Source: Candidatus Sulfopaludibacter sp. SbA3
GTDB lineage: Bacteria > Acidobacteriota > Terriglobia > 20CM-2-55-15
Direction: 5' to 3'
DNA: 64,000 nucleotides
Assembly: GCA_945865815.1 (NCBI GenBank)
Contig: CAMBFR010000003.1
Location: forward strand, 1,258-65,257
Shown: positions 52,811-61,119 of the stretch, in pieces
How the letters are laid out: each line of letters starts with the position of its first letter
Position numbering within the stretch: position 1 is the first letter of the stretch
Translations under genes and position numbers: made by a program
The notes under the pieces: model-generated
Databases searched by the model: none
What the model saw: only the letters and a program-made list of their open reading frames with translations
Told to the model about the DNA's origin: nothing

Positions 52811-55447
52811 ATGAGGTTCATCCTCCACATCGACATGGACGCGTTCTACGCGTCGATCGAGCAAATCGATCATCCGGAGTACAAGGGGAAACCGGTGATT
52901 GTCGGCGGGGACCCGAAGAACGGCACGGGCCGGGGCGTCGTTGCGGCGTGTTCCTACGAGGCGAGGAAGTTCGGGGTGAGGTCGGCATTGCCCATCACGC
53001 GGGCCTGGCGCCTCTGCCCGGAAGGCGTTTATGTGCGGCCGAGGATGGAACGGTACGTTGAAGTCTCCCGCCAGGTGATGAGCGTTTTCCGCAAATATAC
53101 GGACCTCGTGGAACCCCTCAGCATCGACGAAGCGTTTCTCGATATCACCGGTTCCATCGCCCTCTTCGGTCCTCCGCAGGAAATTGCCCGATCGATAAAG
53201 AAAGAGATCCGCGAAACCACGGGCTTGACCGCCTCCACCGGAATCGCGCCGAACAAATTCCTGGCCAAAATTGCGTCCGACCTGAAGAAGCCCGACGGCT
53301 TCGTCATCGTTGAAGAAACGAACGTCGAGTCCTTCCTCCGGGACCTGCCGATCTCCAGGCTCTGGGGTGTCGGACCCAAAACCGAGCAGCGGCTTCAGCA
53401 GGAGGGCCTGCGGACTATCGGAGAAATTGCAGCCAGGCCGCGCGAATTGCTGGTGCGGATGCTTGGCGGGCTTGGCGAACATCTTTACCAGCTTTCCAGG
53501 GGCATTGACGACCGGCCCGTCGTTCCCAACTGGGAGCCCAAATCCATCAGCAGCGAAACCACTTTCGATGAGGACACCGGCGATCGCGAACTGCTTCTTC
53601 GCACGATCCTCGAACTTTCCGATCGTATTGCCGAACGGCTTCGCAAGGAGGGATACCGGGCGCGCAAAGTCACGCTGAAGCTCCGCTACTCCAGCTTCTC
53701 GACGCACACGAAACAGCGCTCGCTATCCAACCTCGCGCAGGACGGAAGTGAAATCGCCCGCGAAGCCCGCGACCTGTTCGGCCGGTTCCCTTTGGATGAA
53801 AAAATCCGGCTGATCGGCGTCAGCGCTGGCGATCTGCATCGCGATGGCGATAGCCCGCAGTTGGCGCTCTTCAACACCGAAGATCCCGCAGGCGCCGGAA
53901 CCCAACGGCTGGAGAAACTCGGCCACACCATGGATAACATCAAGGGCAAGTTCGGCGCCGGCTCAATGCGGCGAGGATCGGATCTGCTGAGCCTGGGTTT
54001 GCTCGTACTCTGCCTGGCGCTTGGCGCATGCGCGAAGCCCCAACCCGTGGCCGTTCAACCTCCACCACCTCCCATACCCGAAGACATTGTTCAGCAGGAG
54101 CAGGGCCTTCGGGCGCTTCACGAATTCACGCCGCAAGGCTACGGGCGGGCCATTCAGCATTTTGGCCGCGCCATCGAGCTTCAACCCGGCAACTGCGGCT
54201 ACAAGCTCATGTACGCGGAATCGAACCTCTTTCTGGCCCTGGAACAGAAACTGAACTACGAAGAATTTCGTCCGGCCTGGGAACGGGCGGCCGATCCGCT
54301 GTGCGCTCCCGAAAGCGCATTCGCGCTGCGCCTGGAGGTGTTTCGGTCGCTGGATGATTTCGGCCCGGTCCGCGACCGCACGGTCCTGAACAAGATTAAT
54401 CAGGCAATTCTTCTGGAGCCGGATGAGCCGCTGAACTGGTTCATCCGCTGGAAGCTCAATCCCACGACGAACCGGCAGGAGAATTCCATCCTGAAGGCCG
54501 CCGAGCTAAAGCCCGATCTCGCATTGATTCAATACGAGCTCGGAAATTATTTCCTTGTGAAGGGCGAGTATCCGGCAGCGCGGTCGGCGTTCGAGCGGGC
54601 GCTCGAACGGAGTCCCCGGCATTTCCGTTCGTACATCGGCCTGGCACAGGCAATATCCGCGCTGGACGAAGAACAGGACGTCACCCACCTGTATAAGCGC
54701 GCCGTCGAACTCGGCCCGGAATTCCTGGAAGGACGCATCCTTCTCGGAGACTACTACTTCGGACTCGAAGAACACGACCTGGCACGGGAGCAGTACGTTG
54801 CGGCGGTCGAGCAAAATCCGGGATATGAAGTCGCGCACCTCCGGCTGGGCCTCAGCTATCTTCAGAGCAACAGCCCTGATGGGCTTTCCGGGACTGCTGG
54901 GCTCGACAGGGCGGAAAGAGCGTTCAACACTGCCATCGCGATCAACCCCGCCAGCTACGAGGCGTATTACTACCGTGGCAATGTCTGGCTTGCCAGGGGC
55001 AATCTCGAAAAAGCGCGGGAGCAGTACGAGGAATCCCTGAAATACGTCCTGAACTTCCCAGACGCCGTATATGCCCTGGGCACCGTGCTGTTCCGGCAGG
55101 GGAAAATGGATCTTGCGCTCGACCAGTTCGAGAACATCCTTCGTCGAAACCGAAACCATGCCGACGCCTATTTTTCGCGCGCGGCCATCCGGTCGCAGCG
55201 GCGCCAGACCTCCGACGCCATCGAAGATTACACTCGCGCGCTGGCCCTGTATGACAGGCAACTGGTGGCGGCCATGGAATCGATTGTCGAGTTCGAGGAA
55301 CGGGAGTTGTTGAGAAAGGCCGAAGCGGAAAAGAGGAAGAAGGAACGGCTGGAGAGTAACATGCAGCGAGCTCGGCAATTAAAAATGAGACTCGAAGATC
55401 AGATCATGAGCGGCTGCGAATGCCAGCCCGATAGGGCGCAGCCATAA
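52811..55447 (+). CDS. dinB: DNA polymerase IV (DinB) whose reading frame continues without a stop into a hydrophobic/lipobox segment and a ~480-aa TPR-repeat domain
   Basis: N-terminal 390 aa are a complete DinB (MRFILHIDMDAFYASIEQ ... little finger ... canonical C-terminal ...IKGKFGAGSMRRGSDLL). The same frame then continues SLGLLVLCLALGACAKPQ..., followed by many TPR repeats up to 55447. Confidence 0.7.
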   Translation: MRFILHIDMDAFYASIEQIDHPEYKGKPVIVGGDPKNGTGRGVVAACSYEARKFGVRSALPITRAWRLCPEGVYVRPRMERYVEVSRQVMSVFRKYTDLVEPLSIDEAFLDITGSIALFGPPQEIARSIKKEIRETTGLTASTGIAPNKFLAKIASDLKKPDGFVIVEETNVESFLRDLPISRLWGVGPKTEQRLQQEGLRTIGEIAARPRELLVRMLGGLGEHLYQLSRGIDDRPVVPNWEPKSISSETTFDEDTGDRELLLRTILELSDRIAERLRKEGYRARKVTLKLRYSSFSTHTKQRSLSNLAQDGSEIAREARDLFGRFPLDEKIRLIGVSAGDLHRDGDSPQLALFNTEDPAGAGTQRLEKLGHTMDNIKGKFGAGSMRRGSDLLSLGLLVLCLALGACAKPQPVAVQPPPPPIPEDIVQQEQGLRALHEFTPQGYGRAIQHFGRAIELQPGNCGYKLMYAESNLFLALEQKLNYEEFRPAWERAADPLCAPESAFALRLEVFRSLDDFGPVRDRTVLNKINQAILLEPDEPLNWFIRWKLNPTTNRQENSILKAAELKPDLALIQYELGNYFLVKGEYPAARSAFERALERSPRHFRSYIGLAQAISALDEEQDVTHLYKRAVELGPEFLEGRILLGDYYFGLEEHDLAREQYVAAVEQNPGYEVAHLRLGLSYLQSNSPDGLSGTAGLDRAERAFNTAIAINPASYEAYYYRGNVWLARGNLEKAREQYEESLKYVLNFPDAVYALGTVLFRQGKMDLALDQFENILRRNRNHADAYFSRAAIRSQRRQTSDAIEDYTRALALYDRQLVAAMESIVEFEERELLRKAEAEKRKKERLESNMQRARQLKMRLEDQIMSGCECQPDRAQP
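53966..55447 (+). CDS. alternative interpretation: separate TPR-repeat lipoprotein starting at the internal ATG 53966
   Basis: MRRGSDLLSLGLLVLCLALGAC has signal-peptide shape with an L-A-L-G-A-C lipobox. Downstream are TPR repeats (AIQHFGRAIELQP..., YELGNYFLVKGEYPAARSAFERALERSP..., YYYRGNVWLARGNLEKAREQYEESLKY...). This start is in-frame inside the dinB ORF. Confidence 0.35.
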   Translation: MRRGSDLLSLGLLVLCLALGACAKPQPVAVQPPPPPIPEDIVQQEQGLRALHEFTPQGYGRAIQHFGRAIELQPGNCGYKLMYAESNLFLALEQKLNYEEFRPAWERAADPLCAPESAFALRLEVFRSLDDFGPVRDRTVLNKINQAILLEPDEPLNWFIRWKLNPTTNRQENSILKAAELKPDLALIQYELGNYFLVKGEYPAARSAFERALERSPRHFRSYIGLAQAISALDEEQDVTHLYKRAVELGPEFLEGRILLGDYYFGLEEHDLAREQYVAAVEQNPGYEVAHLRLGLSYLQSNSPDGLSGTAGLDRAERAFNTAIAINPASYEAYYYRGNVWLARGNLEKAREQYEESLKYVLNFPDAVYALGTVLFRQGKMDLALDQFENILRRNRNHADAYFSRAAIRSQRRQTSDAIEDYTRALALYDRQLVAAMESIVEFEERELLRKAEAEKRKKERLESNMQRARQLKMRLEDQIMSGCECQPDRAQP

Positions 55448-55466
55448 AGTAAATGAGGGGCGGCCT

Positions 55467-56534
55467 ATGAAATCACTTCTCTTTCTGGTGCTTTTTCTGG
55501 TTCCGCAGGAAGATCCCAAACAGCTGCAGGCGGTGTTCGACACGTCGGCCGGAACATTCATCGTCGAGTTCTATCCGGACCAGGCGCCCAATCACGTCGC
55601 CAGGTTTATCGAGCGCGCGCGGCAGGGTTTCTATAACGGAACATCGTTTCACAGCATGGTCGGCCACGGCATTGTTCAGGGCGGCGATCCGGAAACCCGT
55701 GACATGAATGCCCGCGCCAAATACGGAACCGGCGGATTCAACCTGGGACTGAAACCCGAACTCAGCGATGTGCCGTTTGCCCAGGGCACGCTCGTCGCAA
55801 CGATACTGCCCGGCGAACCCGATAGCGCGGGAACGCAATTCTTTATCTGCGTCACGGACCAACTGCAATTCACCCGGCAGTTCACGGCTTTTGGAAAAGT
55901 CGTCGAAGGAATTGAAGTCGTCGACAAGATCTCGACCACGCCCGCAGACGACAACCAGATTGCGCGGGAACGCGTGGACCTGAAGAGCGTCACGATACGG
56001 CCGATTCCAAGACCCGCTCCACCGCCATTCACGACAGAAACGATTGATGAACTCCGCCAGCATAGAGTTGTGATGGAGACCTCGAAGGGGAACATCGTGC
56101 TCGAAATGCTGCCCGATAAGGCCCCGGACCATGTGCGGCACTTCCTGAGGCTGACCTCGCTCGGCGTGTACGACAAGACGGCGTTCCATCGAGTCGCTCC
56201 GGGATTTGTGATCCAGGCCGGCGACCTGAACACCCGCACGGAGCCCGTCCCTCAGGTTGCGCAAAAGTACGTTGTGAACATCCGGGCGGAAATCAACGAT
56301 GTGAAACACGTTGCCGGAATCATTTCGATGGCGCGCGGCGAAGCGATCGACAGCGGGCTGACGTCATTTTTTATCGTGCTGTCGAATCAGCCCGCGCTGG
56401 ACGGAATCTATACCGTCTTCGGCCGCGTCGTGGAAGGCATGGATGTTGTCGAGAAAATCACGGCCGTGCCCAACGAGAATGAGCGCCCGACCGAGCGGAT
56501 TGACATCTATTCAATGAAGGCGGAGAAGAGGTAG
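55467..56534 (+). CDS. tandem-domain cyclophilin-type peptidyl-prolyl cis-trans isomerase, secreted
   Basis: Signal peptide, then two cyclophilin domains (FHSMVGHGIVQGGDP... and FHRVAPGFVIQAGD...). Confidence 0.85.
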   Translation: MKSLLFLVLFLVPQEDPKQLQAVFDTSAGTFIVEFYPDQAPNHVARFIERARQGFYNGTSFHSMVGHGIVQGGDPETRDMNARAKYGTGGFNLGLKPELSDVPFAQGTLVATILPGEPDSAGTQFFICVTDQLQFTRQFTAFGKVVEGIEVVDKISTTPADDNQIARERVDLKSVTIRPIPRPAPPPFTTETIDELRQHRVVMETSKGNIVLEMLPDKAPDHVRHFLRLTSLGVYDKTAFHRVAPGFVIQAGDLNTRTEPVPQVAQKYVVNIRAEINDVKHVAGIISMARGEAIDSGLTSFFIVLSNQPALDGIYTVFGRVVEGMDVVEKITAVPNENERPTERIDIYSMKAEKR

Positions 56535-57193
56535 CGCCCTTCGGCGAAATCCGAAATCGCACATTCGGCGCCGGACTCGCGAAGCTCATCGACGTTGTAG
56601 TCGCCGGTGGCAACGCCGACGGCCCTGAAGCCGGCATCGAGCGCGGCTTCGATATCGAGAGGCGTATCGCCGATGACGAAAATGTCCTGCGGATCGATGT
56701 CACTGCCGAAACTTCGGCAGGCACGATCGGCGGCGCGGCGGACCAGCTCCGGGCGCTTCTCCGAATCCGAACCAAAGCCGCCAAAGGCAAAATAGCTATT
56801 CAGTCCGCCCCGGTCCAGCTTGATGCGGGCGCCCATTTCCACGTTGCCGGTGGCTAGCCCAACCATTGCGTCCGCGCGGCCGCTCAATTCGCGGAGAATT
56901 TCCACGATTCCAGGCAGGACCCGATAGGTTTCCGACAGCTCTACTTCTTCGCGCAGGAACGAGAGATAGGCCTCGATGATCGTTTCAAGCACGTCCGGAG
57001 TTGCGGCATCTTCACCAACCCGGGCAGTCAGGGCGTGACGTACGATGCTCGTGTCGGTTCGGCCATGCCGCGGGACTCCCTCCATCGCGTTATCGACGGA
57101 AAGGATTTTCCTGAAGGCACGATCGAGAGCGCGCACACCTGCGCCGCCGGTGTTGATGAGCGTCTGATCCACATCAAAGAGAAGCAATTTCAC
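56507..57193 (-). CDS. HAD-superfamily hydrolase (phosphoglycolate phosphatase-like)
   Basis: Motif I MKLLLFDVDQTLI. Motif IV FVIGDTPLDIEAA. Confidence 0.8.
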   Translation of the reverse strand: MKLLLFDVDQTLINTGGAGVRALDRAFRKILSVDNAMEGVPRHGRTDTSIVRHALTARVGEDAATPDVLETIIEAYLSFLREEVELSETYRVLPGIVEILRELSGRADAMVGLATGNVEMGARIKLDRGGLNSYFAFGGFGSDSEKRPELVRRAADRACRSFGSDIDPQDIFVIGDTPLDIEAALDAGFRAVGVATGDYNVDELRESGAECAISDFAEGRYLFSAFIE

Positions 57194-57264
57194 GAATACT
57201 ATTCTAGCAGCGCGCGGAAACGCGAACCGCGCAAGGCACGGCGGGGGAACTTCGGCAGGACAAA

Positions 57265-57426
57265 TTACGCGCAGGCCACCAGTGCTTCGGCCGGTTCCAG
57301 AATTTCCAGCGCCTCGCAGCCGTCCATTTCGAGTTCAAACCCGCAGCCTGGCTCAAGACAGATCAATCCGTTCGATAGAACGGAATACGCCATCTCATTC
57401 GAACTTTCACATCCTGGGCAGATCAT
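57265..57426 (-). CDS. 53-aa Cys-rich zinc-ribbon-like small protein
   Basis: Translates as MICPGCESSNEMAYSVLSNGLICLEPGCGFELEMDGCEALEILEPAEALVACA. GAGGAGG sits 6 nt upstream of the ATG at 57426. It is below the size cutoff of the ORF track. Confidence 0.4.
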   Translation of the reverse strand: MICPGCESSNEMAYSVLSNGLICLEPGCGFELEMDGCEALEILEPAEALVACA

Positions 57427-57545
57427 GCTAAACCTCCTCAATTCTCTCTGTGTTCAGTGCACGTCGGTTGCCAACAGGCCGGGTTAGACATTCTCCGCAA
57501 AAGAAAGGTTAGATCCGCCCGGAAATTTGTTTTATATTCTCCGAC

Positions 57546-57848
57546 TTGTTCAGAAAGAAGGAGATGCCCTTGATCGAAACCGCCACGATTACGATCGACA
57601 GGCTCCGCATTTTTTCGGACCGCACTCACACGCTCGTTACTATTGACGCGCCGCTGTTCGGCAGTGTCATGATTCTGAACGGGCAGATGCTGGAGAAGGG
57701 CTACGAGATCGAGGTCGGCAACTCGAAGGGATTCCCGTACCCGGAACACATCATTGCCGAAGCCACTCGATTCTGGGTCCTCAACGGCACTGGTATTCGG
57801 AAGCGAATGAGCCGCGAAGAAATGGCCAAGCTTCTTGATGCAAGCTAA
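57546..57848 (+). CDS. hypothetical ~92-100-aa protein
   Basis: ORF MFRKKEMPLIETATITIDRLRIFSDRTHTLVTIDAPLFGSVMILNGQ... The best Shine-Dalgarno (AGGAG) is placed for a TTG at 57570. A candidate promoter TTAGAT-N18-TATATT lies upstream. Its 3' end overlaps the next gene start. Confidence 0.4.
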   Translation: MFRKKEMPLIETATITIDRLRIFSDRTHTLVTIDAPLFGSVMILNGQMLEKGYEIEVGNSKGFPYPEHIIAEATRFWVLNGTGIRKRMSREEMAKLLDAS

Positions 57849-58527
57849 TGCCGCGACTGATGCCGAGACCCGAAAACTAACCCGCCGTCAGCGGATCAAG
57901 GCCGGCCTGATCGCGTGGCTTGGATACTTCGTGATTGCCCTCGTCGGGCGGACCATCCGATGGCAGACCGCCGGCGACTCCCACCTCGACGATATTTACA
58001 AATCCGGGAATCGCGCGATTTTCACGTTCTGGCACGGCCGGATCTTCCCTGCAACATACTATTGGCGCCACCGGCAGATCGTGGTGATGACCAGCATGAA
58101 CGTCGACGGTGAAGCCATCGCGCAGTGCATTCAGCGTTTCGGATACGGCGCCGCCCGGGGATCCAGTTCACGCGGCGGATTCCGGGCTCTGGCGCAGATG
58201 GCGCGGGAAATCCGGCGCGGCCGCGATGCCGCATTTACAATCGATGGCCCGCGCGGCCCCCGCTACGTCGCCAAACAGGGGCCCGTCCTGCTGGCGCTGA
58301 AAACCGGGGCCGCTATCTTCTGTTTTCATATTTCAATGAAGCACAAGATCCAGCTCAATTCGTGGGACGAGTTCCAGATTCCAGTCCCCTTCACCCCCGC
58401 GGTTGTTCTGCAGGCGCCACCGATATGGGTTCCTTCCGGCGCCTCCGAAGAGAACCTTCGCGACATCCACCAGAAAATGCAGCGCGTTCTCGATGATCTG
58501 CGTCAAAGGGGAGACGCCTGGTGGTGA
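57835..58527 (+). CDS. DUF374 domain protein (lysophospholipid-acyltransferase-like superfamily)
   Basis: FTFWHGRIF...MTSMNVDGEAIAQCIQRFGYGAARGSSSRGGFRAL...TIDGPRGPRY matches the DUF374 core. Confidence 0.7.
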   Translation: MMQANAATDAETRKLTRRQRIKAGLIAWLGYFVIALVGRTIRWQTAGDSHLDDIYKSGNRAIFTFWHGRIFPATYYWRHRQIVVMTSMNVDGEAIAQCIQRFGYGAARGSSSRGGFRALAQMAREIRRGRDAAFTIDGPRGPRYVAKQGPVLLALKTGAAIFCFHISMKHKIQLNSWDEFQIPVPFTPAVVLQAPPIWVPSGASEENLRDIHQKMQRVLDDLRQRGDAWW

Positions 58528-58551
58528 GTCGGGCGGTGTGTCAGGAGACTT

Positions 58552-58679
58552 GGAAATTGGACGAATCCTGCATCTCAGATCCGAAATCCCGAAATATCAG
58601 ATTGGACCGTTGGGAGGATCGCCAGTCCAATTGAAGGTTTCGGATTTCGGATTTGAGATGCAGGATTCGTCCAATTTCC
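58552..58679. repeat. long imperfect inverted repeat (43-bp arms, ~42-bp spacer containing a nested 9-bp IR) upstream of the rhodanese-ThiF gene
   Basis: Left arm GGAAATTGGACGAATCCTGCATCTCAGATCCGAAATCCCGAAA (58552-58594). Right arm TTTCGGATTTCGGATTTGAGATGCAGGATTCGTCCAATTTCC (58638-58679). Spacer contains AGATTGGAC...GTCCAATTG. Another hairpin CCCCTTGAGGGG follows. Confidence 0.7.
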
Positions 58680-58763
58680 AAATGCCTCCCCTTGAGGGGC
58701 CTTCCCTTGATGAAATGGATAGTGTAAATTCGAGATCACCAAATCAATCGAGTAAGGGCGTAT

Positions 58764-59939
58764 ATGAGTACAGACTTCAGAGACATGTTGAGTCAGGTAA
58801 AGAAGCAAATTCGTGAGGTGTCCGTCCAGGATGTAAAGGATAAGTTCAATATTGACAATGGCTTTACCCTGCTGGACGTCCGCGAGAAGGACGAGTGGGA
58901 CCAGGGCCACCTGCATCAGGCGATCTTTCTTCCCCGCGGCTTCCTCGAAGTAAAGGCTGACAAACTTTTGACTGATCGGGACCAGAAGATTGTCGTTTAT
59001 TGCGCCGGCGGCACTCGGTCCGCGTTCGCGGCCAAGACGCTCCAGGACCTCGGATATAAGAATGTTGTCTCCATGGCCGGTGGGTTTGGCGCCTGGAAAG
59101 ACAGCGGCCTGCCCGTTGTCGTTCCGGAAAAGATCGGCAGCGATCAGATGGCCCGGTACAGCCGCCATCTTCGCGTCCCCGAGGTTGGCGAAAAGGGACA
59201 ATTAAAGCTGCTCCGGAGCAAAGTGCTGCTGGTTGGCGCAGGCGGACTGGGCTCGCCGGCCGGCGTCTATCTGGCGGCTTCCGGCGTAGGCACAATCGGT
59301 TTGATCGACAATGACGTCGTGGACGAATCGAATCTCCAGAGGCAGATCCTTCATTGGACCTCTTCAATCGGAATGCCGAAGGTCGATTCCGCGCGGCGGA
59401 CTCTTTTCGAAGTCAACCCGAACGTGAAGGTGCGGACCTACAACCTGCGGCTGGATGCATCGAACGTTCTCGATATTTTCAACGACTACGACGTGATCGT
59501 CAGCGGTTCCGATAATTTTTCGACCGCCTACCTTGTCAATGACGCGGCGGTGATGCTCAAGAAGCCGGTCGCATACGGCAGCATTTTCAGGTTTGACGGC
59601 CAGGCATCCACATTCATTCCCCACGAAGGACCCTGCTTCCGGTGCCTCTATCCCGAAGCAACGCCGCCGGAGCTTGCGCCAAGCTGCGACGAGGCGGGAG
59701 TGCTCGGAGTCCTTCCCGGAGTAGTCGGCCTGATCCAGGCGACGGAAACCGTAAAGCTCTTGCTGACCGCGGGAACCTCGCTGTCGGGACGGTTGCTGAT
59801 CTATGACGCGCTCGAAATGTCGTTCCGCCAGGTCAAGTTCCGGCGCGACCCGGCGTGCTCGGCGTGCGGTTCGGACCCTCATATTGATCTGGAATCCATT
59901 CCCGAGTTCGTTTGCGCAATACCCGCGAAGCAAGGGTGA
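58764..59939 (+). CDS. N-terminal rhodanese domain fused to ThiF/MoeB-type E1-like adenylyltransferase
   Basis: Rhodanese active-site loop VVYCAGGTRS at aa ~75. Then the ThiF/MoeB domain (YSRHLRVPEVGEKGQLKLLRSKVLLVGAGGLGSP...) with the CFRC...CSAC zinc motif. Confidence 0.8.
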   Translation: MSTDFRDMLSQVKKQIREVSVQDVKDKFNIDNGFTLLDVREKDEWDQGHLHQAIFLPRGFLEVKADKLLTDRDQKIVVYCAGGTRSAFAAKTLQDLGYKNVVSMAGGFGAWKDSGLPVVVPEKIGSDQMARYSRHLRVPEVGEKGQLKLLRSKVLLVGAGGLGSPAGVYLAASGVGTIGLIDNDVVDESNLQRQILHWTSSIGMPKVDSARRTLFEVNPNVKVRTYNLRLDASNVLDIFNDYDVIVSGSDNFSTAYLVNDAAVMLKKPVAYGSIFRFDGQASTFIPHEGPCFRCLYPEATPPELAPSCDEAGVLGVLPGVVGLIQATETVKLLLTAGTSLSGRLLIYDALEMSFRQVKFRRDPACSACGSDPHIDLESIPEFVCAIPAKQG

Positions 59940-60358
59940 AGAAACCGGATTCGATCCACGTCGGCGATTTCGTCTATTGCCGGTCGAAGTACTATCGTGA
60001 CCAGCTCCAGCTTCCCCAGGAACTGGGGCTGGTCATCGAGATCAAGCGAAGCAATCTCAAGGTTCTCTACTCGGGCGACAAACGCTGCTGGCTTCCCCTC
60101 GAAACCGTGGCGAAGGTGAAACCCGATCTCTCACACTCCACCCTGGCCGAAAAGCTCCACTACCTGATCAAGCGCGTGCACGCCGATGAATGCGAAATTG
60201 TGTCCGATGGCCGAATCACGCGAGTCACGCTCCGGATCGACCACATCGATCATGAAGCGGTTGACGATGTGCGGACATTTCTCGCCGGTAATTTCATTTC
60301 GCTGGCGGTTGTGCCCGAAGGGATGGCGTTCATGCAGGTGGAGATAAAGTTTTCTTAA
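59936..60358 (+). CDS. hypothetical protein translationally coupled to the rhodanese-ThiF gene (N-terminal SH3/KOW-like segment)
   Basis: The GTG at 59936 overlaps the TGA of the upstream gene (GTGA). Sequence reads ...HVGDFVYCRSKYYRDQLQLPQELGLVIEIKRSNLKVLYSGDKRCWLPLETV... then a ~80-aa second region. Confidence 0.45.
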   Translation: MKKPDSIHVGDFVYCRSKYYRDQLQLPQELGLVIEIKRSNLKVLYSGDKRCWLPLETVAKVKPDLSHSTLAEKLHYLIKRVHADECEIVSDGRITRVTLRIDHIDHEAVDDVRTFLAGNFISLAVVPEGMAFMQVEIKFS

Positions 60359-60504
60359 CCTCCGCAAATCCAATGGAGAATCGCGAGGGCGCCCTGGAAA
60401 ATCTACCCGGCCTGATCCCAGGGGGATACTCTCGACCAGAGGTAATTGCCTGCGTATTACGAAAATGATAATGTGTATATACGCAGAAATGGAGGCAGCC
60501 GATT

Positions 60505-60696
60505 ATGGCGAAAGAATTGACCTCGTTACGCCTTAACGACCGGCTTGTGAGGAGAGCCCAAAAGGCTCTGGGAGCAAAGACGAGAACTCAGACGATCGAG
60601 TTGTCACTTGAAGCGGTCGTCGAAGCTGAAAAACATCGGAAACTCATCAAGAAATACAGCGGAAAGGCAAGGCCGGGCGACTTTGAGCGGAGCTAG
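60505..60696 (+). CDS. vapB: type II antitoxin, VapB-like
   Basis: 63-aa protein MAKELTSLRLNDRLVRRAQKAL... with RHH/antitoxin character. Its stop overlaps the start of the PIN gene. Confidence 0.6.
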   Translation: MAKELTSLRLNDRLVRRAQKALGAKTRTQTIELSLEAVVEAEKHRKLIKKYSGKARPGDFERS

Positions 60697-61096
60697 TTTC
60701 GCAATCCTCGATACATCCATCTACATCGACAACCTCAGAACTGGGCGTTTCAAGCAGGAGATCATGGATCTTCCGTTTGTAGTTCGCTGTAGCGCCGTCG
60801 TCTTGGCGGAATTGTCCAGAGGCGCCCGGTCCCGGGAGATGACGAAGTTTGTACTCGATTTGGAAAGGAACCTTCGCGTCATTACACCGACTGAGGGGGA
60901 ATGGTCAGAGTCAGGACGACTCGTCAGTCGAATTACCGCGGCCAGACATTACGATGCCCATAAGACCAGAGACATCCACTTCGACATCCTCATCGCTCTG
61001 GGCGCGCGCCGGATCGGCGCCGTGCTCATCACGCGCAACGATCACGACTTCAAAACCATTCTCGAATTCCTGAATTTCAATCTTGTTTGCTGGTGA
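60683..61096 (+). CDS. vapC: PIN-domain toxin VapC
   Basis: (M)SGASFAILDTSIYIDNL... The first acidic residue sits in ILDTS. Later D/E residues lie in DIHFDILIAL and the C-terminal region. The TTG start at 60683 overlaps the vapB stop. Confidence 0.7.
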   Translation: MSGASFAILDTSIYIDNLRTGRFKQEIMDLPFVVRCSAVVLAELSRGARSREMTKFVLDLERNLRVITPTEGEWSESGRLVSRITAARHYDAHKTRDIHFDILIALGARRIGAVLITRNDHDFKTILEFLNFNLVCW

Positions 61097-61119
61097 GAGC
61101 CGCATCAGCAGCCCGGATC

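Noticed and set aside
58575-59367. Minus-strand ORFs of 208 and 167 aa antisense to the rhodanese-ThiF gene and spanning the long inverted repeat
   Set aside because: They overlap a well-supported sense gene and the intergenic hairpin. Arg-rich composition.
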